64,000 nt of DNA, taken from assembly GCA_965200315.1 (NCBI GenBank), contig OZ241362.1:3456001-3520000 (forward strand). Reading direction: 5' to 3'. The stretch is from Candidatus Latescibacterota bacterium (GTDB lineage: Bacteria > Latescibacterota > UBA2968 > UBA8231). Positions 10,201-18,401 of this stretch are shown one piece after another; positions within the stretch are counted from its first letter, which is position 1, and each line of letters starts with the position of its first letter. The notes below the pieces were generated by a model. It searched no databases. It saw only the letters and a list, made by a program, of their open reading frames with translations, and was not told the origin of the DNA. Both the position numbers and the translations under genes were made by a program.

Positions 10201-11121
10201 TTGCAGCAACTGACCCAACACCTCGAACAGCGCGACACTCCTGTCGAACTCGACGCTTGGAAAAAGGCAGCCCAACAGTGGGAACGGGAAGGGATCACTA
10301 CGTGGGATTTCGGCGACTTGCCCGAACGAATAGAAGTGACCCAAGCGGGCGGGGTGCCGCTCTATGGCTGGCCCGGCCTCCGCCGCGACGAAGGCGGCGT
10401 GTCGCTGCGGCTCTACAAGAGTCGCGCCGAAGCCGAAGCCCGCTCGCGGGAGGGGTTCTTGGGCCTTTGTGCTCTCGCGCTCCGCGACGAGCTAGCGTGG
10501 CTCCGGCGCGAGCTCCAAGAGCTGGCGCAATTCAAGACGCGCTATCAAGGCAGTTCCCTAGAACTGCGCACCCAAGCATTTGAACATCTCGAGCGCTATC
10601 TCTTCCACCGCGAGCAAATTCTACCCCTGCGCCAAGAGGATTTCGACGCCGTGCTAGTGCAGGCCAAGCAGCGGATGCGCGGCTTGGCCCCGCGCTTCAT
10701 TTCTTTGGTCGACAGCTTGCTCGAAGCCCGCCGCGAAATTCGCCTCTCAGGCCGGTCCTATCGCGGGCTGGACGCGGACTTGGAGCGACTGCTGCCAGAC
10801 GACTTCCTCGCTCGCGTCCCCTTCCACCGTCTCAGCCACTTAATCCGCTACCTAAAAGCCGTTGAGGTGCGCACCGAACGCGCCGCGACCGATCCGCGCA
10901 AGGACGCGCAGAAGGCCGGGTTGATCGAGGTATACCAAAGCGAGTTGGAAAAGCTCGCTAGGGAAACCAATTCGCCCGAGCGGGAGGCCCAAATCGAGGA
11001 ATTGCGCTGGATGCTGGAGGAATATCGCGTCTCGGTCTTCGCCCAAGAGCTGGGCACCGCCCACCCGATTTCCCCCAAGCGGCTCGACAAGAAGGTTGAG
11101 CAGATTCGTCAAATCCGGTGA
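7243..11121 (+). CDS. hrpA: ATP-dependent RNA helicase HrpA
   Basis: GETGSGKSTQLP, TQPRR, DEAHER, SAT, TNIAETSLT, QREGRCGR, C-terminal WMLEEYRVSVFAQELGT. Confidence 0.96.
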   Translation: MSETPTKLHPITALKTLLPQCMLQDRVRIERRLNRRRLNSEEIERLLGQARSSARLHKRRRTNRPIPTYPPALPISDRRDEILAAIKAHPVVIVAGETGSGKSTQLPKICLEAGRGEAARIAVTQPRRVAALSIARRIAEELRVSYGRDVGCKIRFRDQTAPESYIKVMTDGMLLAETQTDPDLLEYDTIIVDEAHERSLNIDFLLGYLRLLRRKRPDLKIVITSATIDTETFSKAFDDAPVIEVSGRMFAVEVRYWPLDEILQDRGDYTYLDAAASAVDEILRTSREGDLLVFLPSERDIRETRERLEGRKLRGVEVLPLFGRLTAGEQQRVFAPRERRRVVLATNIAETSLTIPRIRYVVDTGLARLSRYNPRTHTQRLPIEPISQSSARQREGRCGRVADGVCIRLYSEQDFLSRPEYTQPEIQRANLAEVILRMINLKLGDVEAFPFIDPPAKAAIAGGFQLLSQLNALDENRALTPTGRAMARLPIDPTVSRMLLQAREEQALSEVLVIAAAISIQDPRERPLEEQDAADQMHRQFHDKNSDFLGYLNIWNAYHKQVERASQNQLRKFCKAHYLSYMRMREWRDIHAQLREALNEIRGFRFNSTPAEYDAIHRSVLTGLLSSVARQEEGNVYQATRNREAMIFPGSGLFRPNKGQKPGEGGPPDWLVAAEIVETSRLFARTVARVQPEWLAELGSHLCRVSYDQPYFNPRSGRVLVREKRTLYGLEVLSRRIPYSRINAREATDIFIREALVPGAVHTPHKFLAHNIRLCQKIETWQTRARGWADVHVEEAAARFYAQHLDDVSSLPDLNRFLKDKADDFLLMQEEDLLGTTRADFDQQAFPDALDLDGKKLALSYAYRPGQDEDGITVKVPYKLAHAVDPEVLEWLVPGLREEKITVLLRSLPKSIRKQLVPIPAKAQRIAAVLKPTHPTFLESLQDHIRQHYHIQIQASDWNADALPDHLKMRVDIQGTNEQSVAAGRDLQQLTQHLEQRDTPVELDAWKKAAQQWEREGITTWDFGDLPERIEVTQAGGVPLYGWPGLRRDEGGVSLRLYKSRAEAEARSREGFLGLCALALRDELAWLRRELQELAQFKTRYQGSSLELRTQAFEHLERYLFHREQILPLRQEDFDAVLVQAKQRMRGLAPRFISLVDSLLEARREIRLSGRSYRGLDADLERLLPDDFLARVPFHRLSHLIRYLKAVEVRTERAATDPRKDAQKAGLIEVYQSELEKLARETNSPEREAQIEELRWMLEEYRVSVFAQELGTAHPISPKRLDKKVEQIRQIR

Positions 11122-11164
11122 TCCGCGCCCTGATCTTCGATCTTTGCTTCGGCATAGTAAAGTT

Positions 11165-11439
11165 GGAAGGAATCCAGCGTGTACCAACGCCGACAGACCG
11201 CTGACATACGAACCGCTCACCAGTCAATTGGCCACGAGGAAGGGATGGGGTGCGGTGTGGCGGTGTGGCGGTGTGGCGGTGCCAGCGCGTACAGCCCGCG
11301 CCGGAGCTTGGGTGCGCGGGCGTCGCGCCCGCTGCGCAACGCGGTCGGCCGGGCACTTGCAGACGGCTGCGGCCAAGAGCAGGCCAGTTTCAAACACCGG
11401 CTCATCGGCCACGATGGCGAGCAATTGATCGAATTTCAC
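11165..11439 (-). pseudogene. AbiEi-like (type IV TA) antitoxin remnant
   Basis: Pieces across frames: MKFDQLLAIVADEPVFETGLLLA / KLRRGLYALAPPHR / PHPFLVAN*LVSGSYVSGLSAL. Interrupted by a 75-bp repeat copy, a GTGTGGCG expansion and an in-frame TGA; no cognate toxin follows. Confidence 0.6.
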
Positions 11440-11540
11440 CGCAATAAATTGCCTTTTGAGCCTGTCGCCGGAGCTTGGGTGCGCGGGCGTCGCGCCCGCT
11501 GCACAACGCGGTCGGCCGGGCACTTGCAGACGGCTGCGGC
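11299..11540. repeat. Two 75-bp direct repeats (11299-11373, 11466-11540) containing the REP-like hairpin GCGGGCGTCGCGCCCGC
   Basis: 74/75 identical; related hairpins occur at ~14009 and ~59625. Confidence 0.9.
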
Positions 11541-11571
11541 AAGAACCGATCCGCTCCATGGGAGCCGACCG

Positions 11572-13895
11572 CTATAGCGGGTTCAAACACTGCGTTGTCT
11601 CCGCCCGGTCGCCTATCTCCTGCCAATCCCACAACTGCGGTATAAATTCCACATCGGCCCAAAGCCGGGCTTGGTCGGCGTAGTGCGGGCTAGCCGGGTG
11701 GCCAGAGGCCCCCAGCGGCGCGATCCAGCGCGACCGGGTCCAGTCAGACGGGTCGAAGATATAGCGGTTGACCGAAAGGCCCGTAACTGTGAAGTCGTCG
11801 AAGGCATAGCTGCCGGCCAGAGGCGTGTCGCCATCGCCGTGGACGGGAAGCGACGGGGGGTCGAACAAGGAAGCGGCTGCGGGGAAAACCGCCGAGAGCG
11901 GATGCTGAGGCTGGATGCGGTGCAAGCGGCCCCAACGCCATTGGCCCATGTCCTTGCCGAGAGCTTCTTTGAGCGCGGCGAGCGCGCCAGTCAGGGCCTC
12001 AGTCAGGGCTTGGGACCACGTTTGGCCGGGCGGCAGCAGCGCCGTGTCGCCGCGCTCGATAGCGAGGGTTGCTTCGAGGTGTATAAGACGCCAGTGGGCG
12101 TCGCCGCCAGCCTCTGCGAGCAAGGTCAAGGCGTCGCCGCCGAACAGGTTTTGCGCAATGTGGTAGCCAAGCAGGGCGCGAGTTTGGGCATAGATCGCCG
12201 GCTGGACTTGGTCGCGGTCCATCCGGCAGTCCCATTGGCTCAGCAGGTTGAGGGCTTGGGCGCAGTCGGCGTCGGGTGGCTCGATGGCGAGCAAGGCCCG
12301 CGTAAAAACCTCGGCCGGCAGCGAGACGCGTTCGGCGTGGATGCGGCCCATAGCCTCGGGCGTGGCCGTGCCCTTTGCTAGTTCGCGGATGCGGGTCTGG
12401 ATGCGGCGGGCTCGGTAGTCCGGGCTAAAGACAAGCCCGACATAGTAGGGATAATCCGTGCCGGTCACGCGCTGGTTGCAGGTGATGGCATAGCCTGTTG
12501 CCGGGTCTATGGCTTTGGGCAACTCGGCGTGGGGGATGTAGCCCTGCCATTCGTGCTCGCCGCTCCAGCCGGGGACGGCGCACCAGCCGTTGGCGGCCTC
12601 GCGCACCGGGATCCGGCCCGCGTGTAGATAGCCGAAGCAGCCGTGGACATCGGCGACAGCGTAGTTGTTGACGCGGTCGGTCCAGCGGGCGAAGGCTTGG
12701 TGCAAGTCCGCGACCGAGCGGGCGCGCATGGCATCGCGGGCCGCATCGGCCCAAGGGGTTCCCTCGATGAGGCCGGGGTCGCTGATAGCGATGGCTTGGC
12801 CCTTGCGCGGGTCGCCAGCAATGATAGGCCCGTGGTGGGTAATGACGACCTCGGAGGTGACGGATGCCGCGCCGCGGACGTGAATTTCTTCCCGCAGGAT
12901 TTCCGCGGGTCGCCACGCGCCGCTGAATTCGTACTCCAAGCCGTCGGCCGTTTCGCGGAAGCGCTCGACGAACAAATCTTGAGTATCGGCACTGCCGTAG
13001 GTCATGCCCCAAGCCACGTATTCGTTGTGGCAAAAGTGCAAGGTGCCGGGGAGCCGGGGACCGAATAGCCGCTGACGGCGAAGTCGGGGCAGGCGAGGTG
13101 GACTTGGTAATAGACGGAAGGAGTGTCGAGGGCGCGATGCGAGTCGCCGGCCACCAGCGGCAAGCCCGAATCCGTGTACGCACCCGCGATGGACCACGCA
13201 TTGGAGCCGGGGTCGGTTTCGCGGCAGAGAGCGGCGAGGCCATCGAGAGGTTCTCCTTGGTACTCGGTGCCGGGGGGCACGGTGAGCAGGTGGCCTTGGG
13301 GATAGCCTTTGATGAGCCGAGCGAGGTTTGCGGCCACAATACTGTGGCCGGACTGCTCAGGGCCGACGGCTTGGGCCAGACGGGTGCGCCAGAGCTTGGA
13401 TTCAAAGGTGCCGAGCAGGCTATTGCGCATCTTGTACACGGCGAGGCAGTGCCAGCTTTCCCACGGCTCGGGCTGCTGGCCGAGGAGTTGGTATTCGACG
13501 GGTAGGGCCGTTGTCGTCGCCAAAAAGGCGTTGACGCCCGCGGCGTATGCGTCGAACATGGCGCGGGCTTGGGGGCTGGACGCTTCGTAGTCCAACTTAG
13601 CAGTGCGGCCCATGCCGGCGGCGCGCAGGAGGCGGTCGCGGCCCAGCCCGGCGGGGCCGGCCCATTCGGCCCAGCGGCCTAGGGCTTGGTGGCGATCGAA
13701 GTCCATCTGCCACAGGCGGTCTTGGGCGGTGGCGAAGCCTTGGGCGAAAAACAGGTCGGCTTCCGATTCAGCTTGGATATGGGGGATTCCCCAAGGGTCG
13801 CGGTGGATGGTGACGGTTTTTTCAAGGCCCGCGCAATACTGGGTGCTTTCGAGATCGGGGAGGGCCGCTTGGAGGTCTTTGGCAGTGATAGGCAT
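11572..13895 (-). pseudogene. Penicillin acylase family Ntn-hydrolase with a 1-bp frameshift near 13052 (pseudogene or sequence error)
   Basis: IHRDPWGIPHI, AQGFATAQDRLWQMD, beta-chain start GSNAW, AGDSH, then in the other frame HNEYVAWGMT..GASGHPASPHYADQ. Adding one base at ggc tcc ccg restores PG(F)PGTLHF. Confidence 0.85.
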
Positions 13896-13952
13896 GGCGT
13901 TCCTCGTGTGGGTTGGTTCAGGGTATTCTGCAAGGCAAATGCGTTTGCCGCA
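13843..13952. repeat. 110-bp direct repeat, copy 1 (5' end and leader of the acylase gene)
   Basis: 109/110 identical to 16447-16556. Confidence 0.95.
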
Positions 13953-13980
13953 AGGCACATCCGTAGCTTTGTCTCCGAGC

Positions 13981-14094
13981 CTAAGTACCCGACAGTAGGG
14001 CCGTCTCTGGGTGCGCGGGCGTCTCGCCCGCATGGCCGGGCCGAGGTCCGCACTCATAGAGGGGATACATGCACAGGAAGTGTCGCGTACTTAG
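13981..14094. mobile_element. MITE-like element with CTAAGTAC.CGACA terminal inverted repeats and 8-bp TSD CTCCGAGC; internal REP-like hairpin
   Basis: Ends CTAAGTACCCGACA / TGTCGCGTACTTAG; CTCCGAGC at 13973-13980 and 14095-14102. Confidence 0.75.
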
Positions 14095-14447
14095 CTCCGA
14101 GCCCCCGACTCTTATATGCGTTCATCATCTTGACAAAATCCAAAAAATTGGGGTTTGTCTGATACGGCTCCTTAACGTGCTGGAGGGCTACATGACCAAG
14201 ACATAGCAGGCGATCGGCCCCGTAGCCACCGCGGCCAACGACTGCGCTGCAGCAGACTTGCGACTTATTTTTACCGAATCCCGCCACAGTATGCCTCTGT
14301 ATTCGTCTCTATCGGTCTGAAAAACGGCTAGAGGGCTGTTGCGAGCCGGGCTTTAGCTTGAGCGGTCTCGCTCAGGTGCTGTGGTCGCCCGACAAACGGC
14401 TTCCGGTGCTGGAGGGTAATTGGCTATGAAATCGAGAGACATCGGCT

Positions 14448-15485
14448 ATGAAGCGTTTTTGGTCCACTTACGAGTTCACTCTCCGTCAGGAACGGCGGCG
14501 GCGAAAATTCGACCAGCGACGGCGCCATGTACAGGAACGGCAAACGGCGTTGCGGAAGCGACCTCCGAGACTCCGATCAACACGCTCTCGTCAACAAGAA
14601 TCATCGCTGCCAGCACCCGAAGCACTCAGTCTTTTCGACGAACCTGACAAGACTCTCGAGTACTGCAACACATTACGGGGGCATCTTAACCAACGGGGCA
14701 CCAAGATCTTTCTTGACCTTGGCGATGTCCAACATTTCACCAGTGATGCGCTCCTTCTGATTCGAGCAATTATAGCCTCCAGTGTCCATCACAATCAGGT
14801 CAGCGGAAATTTACCACGGGATCCAGCTATAGCCTCCGAATTCAAAGCATCTGGTTTCTTCGCCGGCTTTGCCAAGCCACCGGCTAACCTTCCTCCTGCA
14901 AAAGGACTGATATTAAAAAAATCAAGCGACAAGGTGCTAGCGGAAATGGCTGCGGAATTAGTCGACTTCGTAAAGAAACACGTACCCATCACCAAGGAAT
15001 GCGCTAATGCCTGTTCCCAGACTCTTGTCGAGGTCATGACAAACACTCACAATCACGCGGGAGGCATGAAACCTGTAGGACGTCAGAAGCGACGTTTTCC
15101 CCAAAAATGGTTCGTCAGCGTCTATTGCCGAGATCAGACTGCTTACTTCAGCTTTATAGATCTTGGTATTGGTATTCTAGAGAGCGCACCAGCAAGAAAC
15201 ATACTGCAAAGAGCTGGGGCTTCGCTTTCCTCGTATGGACGAATCAGTTTACTAGAAGACGCCTTCAAGGGGCGCATCGGATCTGCTACAGGTAAACCCG
15301 GCAGGGGACTCGGACTGCCTAGGATGAAACAGGATGCGGAGAGCGGCATGTTATCGGACCTTCAAGTATTGACATCTGACATCGTCGGATCTGTTGCTTC
15401 TCTTGACTTCAGAACAGTCGCCCATTCTTTGCGCGGCACAATGTTTCGTTGGCGCGCCCTTCACAAGGAGTCGAGCAATGATTGA
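14448..15485 (+). CDS. Anti-sigma-factor-like GHKL kinase/ATPase with N-terminal STAS-like region (CapK-like)
   Basis: IFLDLGDVQHFTSDALL (STAS-like), N-box EVMTNTHNHA, G1 FIDLGIGI, G2 GRGLGL, G3 GT. Confidence 0.75.
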   Translation: MKRFWSTYEFTLRQERRRRKFDQRRRHVQERQTALRKRPPRLRSTRSRQQESSLPAPEALSLFDEPDKTLEYCNTLRGHLNQRGTKIFLDLGDVQHFTSDALLLIRAIIASSVHHNQVSGNLPRDPAIASEFKASGFFAGFAKPPANLPPAKGLILKKSSDKVLAEMAAELVDFVKKHVPITKECANACSQTLVEVMTNTHNHAGGMKPVGRQKRRFPQKWFVSVYCRDQTAYFSFIDLGIGILESAPARNILQRAGASLSSYGRISLLEDAFKGRIGSATGKPGRGLGLPRMKQDAESGMLSDLQVLTSDIVGSVASLDFRTVAHSLRGTMFRWRALHKESSND

Positions 15486-15831
15486 AATCAATATCGCCAA
15501 AGACTTCACGACACTACCAGGTCCACGATACAAGGAACAGGGGCCTGGATCCGGCCAGCAATTCCTAGAAAAACATCTAAGGCCTGCGTTCCTGAGGGCG
15601 AAAGAGACCAAAGAGCAGGTGACCATTCAACTCGATGGCGTCAAATACGGTTATCCCACGTCGTTTCTTGAAGAAGCGTTCGGCGGACTCGCCAGAGAGT
15701 TCGGGATAGAGGAGGTTCAGAGTTTTCTACGCTTCGAATCGGCAGCTGAACCGATGCTCGATTTCGAGATTCGCCACTACATCAAGCATGCCAACGACAC
15801 GCCAGGGACAAGCCCACGACCAGCGACATGA
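15478..15831 (+). CDS. Stand-alone STAS-like protein (DUF4325-like)
   Basis: MIEINIAKDF..PGPRY..GPGSGQQF..IQLDGVKYGYPTSFLEEAFGGL; AAGGAG RBS; 8-nt overlap with the kinase gene. Confidence 0.8.
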   Translation: MIEINIAKDFTTLPGPRYKEQGPGSGQQFLEKHLRPAFLRAKETKEQVTIQLDGVKYGYPTSFLEEAFGGLAREFGIEEVQSFLRFESAAEPMLDFEIRHYIKHANDTPGTSPRPAT

Positions 15832-16385
15832 GTAGCTTCAATATCCCCGCGATCATACTCAGTGCCCTCCTCGGCGCACTCGCCATGTCATTAGTGCGTG
15901 AACCCCAACTTCCGATTTCCGGCTTGATCAGCGCGACGGCAACCTTTGCCATCGGTTGGTGGATTCACAGGGCCGTGCGGCGCAGAGGAGAGCTTGACCG
16001 AATCCCGATCGATTACTTGTCGGATCTTAATCGCCGGATCAACGAGTTGATTTCGGCATGTCTGGGCCCTGCAAATGCAGAAGGCGAATCCAAACGCTTA
16101 GTGAATCTTACGCTGCTCTCCAATGAGATTCATTGGCTCCGCATCATTGCCAATAGGGTGCAACCCAAGCTGAGAGTGCAACCTAGGCTGAATCAGTTGG
16201 GAGACGAACTTGCCTCGCATTACGTGGACTTCAAGAGGCATCTGACCGAGAGCGATTCGGTCGATCTGGTAGCGGCCTCGAACGCCAGCCACGAGATACG
16301 GATGACCGCTCTGATGGTCCAATGGCGCATCTGCCGGCATATCCTCGATCGAAAAACAGACATCGACATCTTCACATCCCTTTGA
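15828..16385 (+). CDS. Hypothetical protein with two N-terminal TM helices and a helical cytoplasmic domain
   Basis: ATGA overlap with the STAS gene; hydrophobic IPAIILSALLGALAMSLV and ISGLISATATFAIGWWI followed by a basic stop-transfer segment. Confidence 0.7.
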   Translation: MSSFNIPAIILSALLGALAMSLVREPQLPISGLISATATFAIGWWIHRAVRRRGELDRIPIDYLSDLNRRINELISACLGPANAEGESKRLVNLTLLSNEIHWLRIIANRVQPKLRVQPRLNQLGDELASHYVDFKRHLTESDSVDLVAASNASHEIRMTALMVQWRICRHILDRKTDIDIFTSL

Positions 16386-16446
16386 TGCTGAAACGCTAGC
16401 ACTCGTGTGGGTTGCGTTATTCTAGCGTCGCGGGCTAGAAAAAGGA

Positions 16447-16556
16447 GTGCTTTCGAGATCGGGGAGGGCCGCTTGGAGGTCTTTGGCAGTGATGGGCATG
16501 GCGTTCCTCGTGTGGGTTGGTTCAGGGTATTCTGCAAGGCAAATGCGTTTGCCGCA
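16447..16556. repeat. 110-bp direct repeat, copy 2
   Basis: Matches 13843-13952 with one mismatch. Confidence 0.95.
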
Positions 16557-16564
16557 GGCATACC

Positions 16565-16607
16565 TATTGAACTATTCTTTAGTTCAATATAGTTCACTTT
16601 ATAGTTC
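16565..16607. promoter_or_regulatory. Probable VapBC autoregulatory operator
   Basis: Perfect inverted repeat TATTGAACTA-N5-TAGTTCAATA plus repeated TAGTTC, just upstream of the antitoxin ATG. Confidence 0.65.
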
Positions 16608-16619
16608 GGAGTTTATAAC

Positions 16620-16865
16620 ATGAAATCAATTACCATTCACGGAATGGACGATGAAATGGACCGGCAAATTAGGGAGAAAGCCGCAGCCGAGGGCAAGAGC
16701 CTGAACAAGACCATTAAAGGGTTGCTCAAACAGGCACTGGGAGGGCGGCGTTCGCGGCGAGAAGAATTTGTCGATCTCTTTGGTTGTTGGTCGGCAGCGG
16801 ATCTGGCCGAGTTTGAACAAGCGACAAAAGACCTTCGCCAGATTGATCCCGGCGACTGGAAATGA
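16620..16865 (+). CDS. vapB: FitA/VapB-like ribbon-helix-helix antitoxin
   Basis: MKSITIHGMDDEMDRQIREKAAAEGKSLN; ATGA-coupled to a PIN gene. Confidence 0.85.
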   Translation: MKSITIHGMDDEMDRQIREKAAAEGKSLNKTIKGLLKQALGGRRSRREEFVDLFGCWSAADLAEFEQATKDLRQIDPGDWK

Positions 16866-17254
16866 AGCGCATACTTCTCGACACCAATGCCTATACCGCA
16901 TTTCTAACTGGAGACGAGCGCGTACTGAATGCGCTAACTGAGGCAGAAACAGCGTTTTTATCCGCCATTGTCATTGGAGAATTGTACGCTGGCTTTTGCG
17001 GCGGCAATCGGCTCAAGGAAAACAAGGCTCTGCTAGCGCGTTTTTTGCAAAAGTTTAATGTGCGCGTCCTTGACGTCACCGCTGAAACCGGGGAAGTCTT
17101 CGGCCAAATCAAAAACGCGCTACAAGAGGCCGGAACGCCGATCCCGCTAAATGATGTATGGCTGGCGGCACAGGCCATGGAAACCGGCTCGGTTATCGTC
17201 TCCTTCGATGCGCACTTCGATCAAGTCAGCGGACTTAGACGCTGGACGCATTAG
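16862..17254 (+). CDS. vapC: VapC PIN-domain toxin, apparently intact
   Basis: ILLDTNAY, IVIGEL, GTPIPLNDVWLAA, SFDAHF acidic tetrad. Confidence 0.92.
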   Translation: MKRILLDTNAYTAFLTGDERVLNALTEAETAFLSAIVIGELYAGFCGGNRLKENKALLARFLQKFNVRVLDVTAETGEVFGQIKNALQEAGTPIPLNDVWLAAQAMETGSVIVSFDAHFDQVSGLRRWTH

Positions 17255-18401
17255 GCCGATCGTGGATCGGCCCGGGGTGGTCGCGGAGCGAGCCTCCCTG
17301 GCGGCCGGTGAGCGCGGCTTGGATTTCGCCGAGAATGGACAGAGCGATTTCCTCGGCTGCTTCCGCGCCGATGTCGAGGCCGACGGGGCTAAAGAGGCGT
17401 GCGGTCTGCTCATCGCTGGGCGCGATGTTTTCTTTTTTTAGATCGGCGAGCAGGCGCTGGGTGCGCTGATGCGGGCCGAGGACTCCCAAGTAGGCGAGAG
17501 GCGCGCCGAGTAAGTCCCGCAACAGAGCTTGATCCTGTAGATAGTTGTGGCTCATGATGACGGCACACGAGCGGTTGTCGAACTGAAGATCCGCGGGCAG
17601 ATGACCGGGCTGGGCGAGGAGGACTTGCCTAGCCCAAGGGAAGCGCTCGGCGCGAGCGTAAGCTGGCCGGTGGTCGGCGACGGTGACGCGCCAGCCGAGT
17701 TCGCTGGCTAGCTGGGCGAGAGGCACGGCGTCGTAGCCAGCGCCAAAGAGATAGAGGGCGATGGGGGGCAGCAGGGGTTCTATGAGGACGGCAGCCTTGC
17801 CGTGCGTCAGCTCGTAGTGGCGAGTATAGCCCGGGGCAATGGGAAGTCGGGTGGCATCGAGGGCCGCGAGGCTTTCGCTAGCGGCGTTGAGCGCAATCTC
17901 GCGCAGCTCCAAGTCGGCGATGTCGTCGCGGGCCTTTTCCCGCTCGTCGAGGATCAGATGCTGGCCCGGCGCAGCATGGGTTGCGCCCTCGGTAGCAAAG
18001 ACCGTGACGAGGACGCCGTGCTGATCCTCCAAGGCGCAGCCGTGCAAGAAGGTTGGATAGTGGAAAGGGCCGTCTTGGGGCAGGCACTCTAAGAGCACGT
18101 CCACCGTGCCGCTACAGCCCAGACCAGTGCCCCAGAGGATGTCGTCTTCCGAGGTGGCGTCGTAGTGGAGGAGACGGGGTTGGCCATCGGCGAAGACGGC
18201 TTGCGCGTTTTCGCGCACATCGCCTTCGAGGCAGCCGCCGCTGATGGTGCCCAAGCTCTGGAGATCGGCTTCGATGAGCATGCGGGTACCTGGGCCGCGA
18301 TAGACCGAGCCAGAGGTTTGGACGACCGTGGCCAAGACATAGGGCGCACCCGCCTCGTCGAGCACCCGGGCGCGGCCGAGGATCGTCTGCAAGTCTTTCA
18401 C
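17235..18401 (-). CDS. xdhC: XdhC/CoxI-family molybdenum cofactor insertion chaperone
   Basis: ATVVQTSGSVYRGPG, GTISGGCLEGDV, GLGCSG, FGAGYDA, YLGVLGP, SPVGLDIGA. Confidence 0.9.
   Translation of the reverse strand: MKDLQTILGRARVLDEAGAPYVLATVVQTSGSVYRGPGTRMLIEADLQSLGTISGGCLEGDVRENAQAVFADGQPRLLHYDATSEDDILWGTGLGCSGTVDVLLECLPQDGPFHYPTFLHGCALEDQHGVLVTVFATEGATHAAPGQHLILDEREKARDDIADLELREIALNAASESLAALDATRLPIAPGYTRHYELTHGKAAVLIEPLLPPIALYLFGAGYDAVPLAQLASELGWRVTVADHRPAYARAERFPWARQVLLAQPGHLPADLQFDNRSCAVIMSHNYLQDQALLRDLLGAPLAYLGVLGPHQRTQRLLADLKKENIAPSDEQTARLFSPVGLDIGAEAAEEIALSILGEIQAALTGRQGGSLRDHPGPIHDRPNASSV

Noticed and set aside
7302-10583. Long alternative-frame and antisense ORFs inside hrpA (e.g. 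7573-8868, 9321-10583) and similar ones elsewhere
   Set aside because: Arg/Pro/Ala-rich shadow ORFs expected in high-GC coding DNA; no motifs.
11299-11540. Possible CRISPR-like repeat-spacer-repeat
   Set aside because: Only two 75-bp units, the 92-bp 'spacer' is the start of the AbiEi-like gene, and no cas genes are present.
16620-17254. vapBC as the effector of the kinase-STAS cassette
   Set aside because: It lies outside the direct repeats and has its own RHH antitoxin and operator, so it looks like an ordinary independent type II TA.
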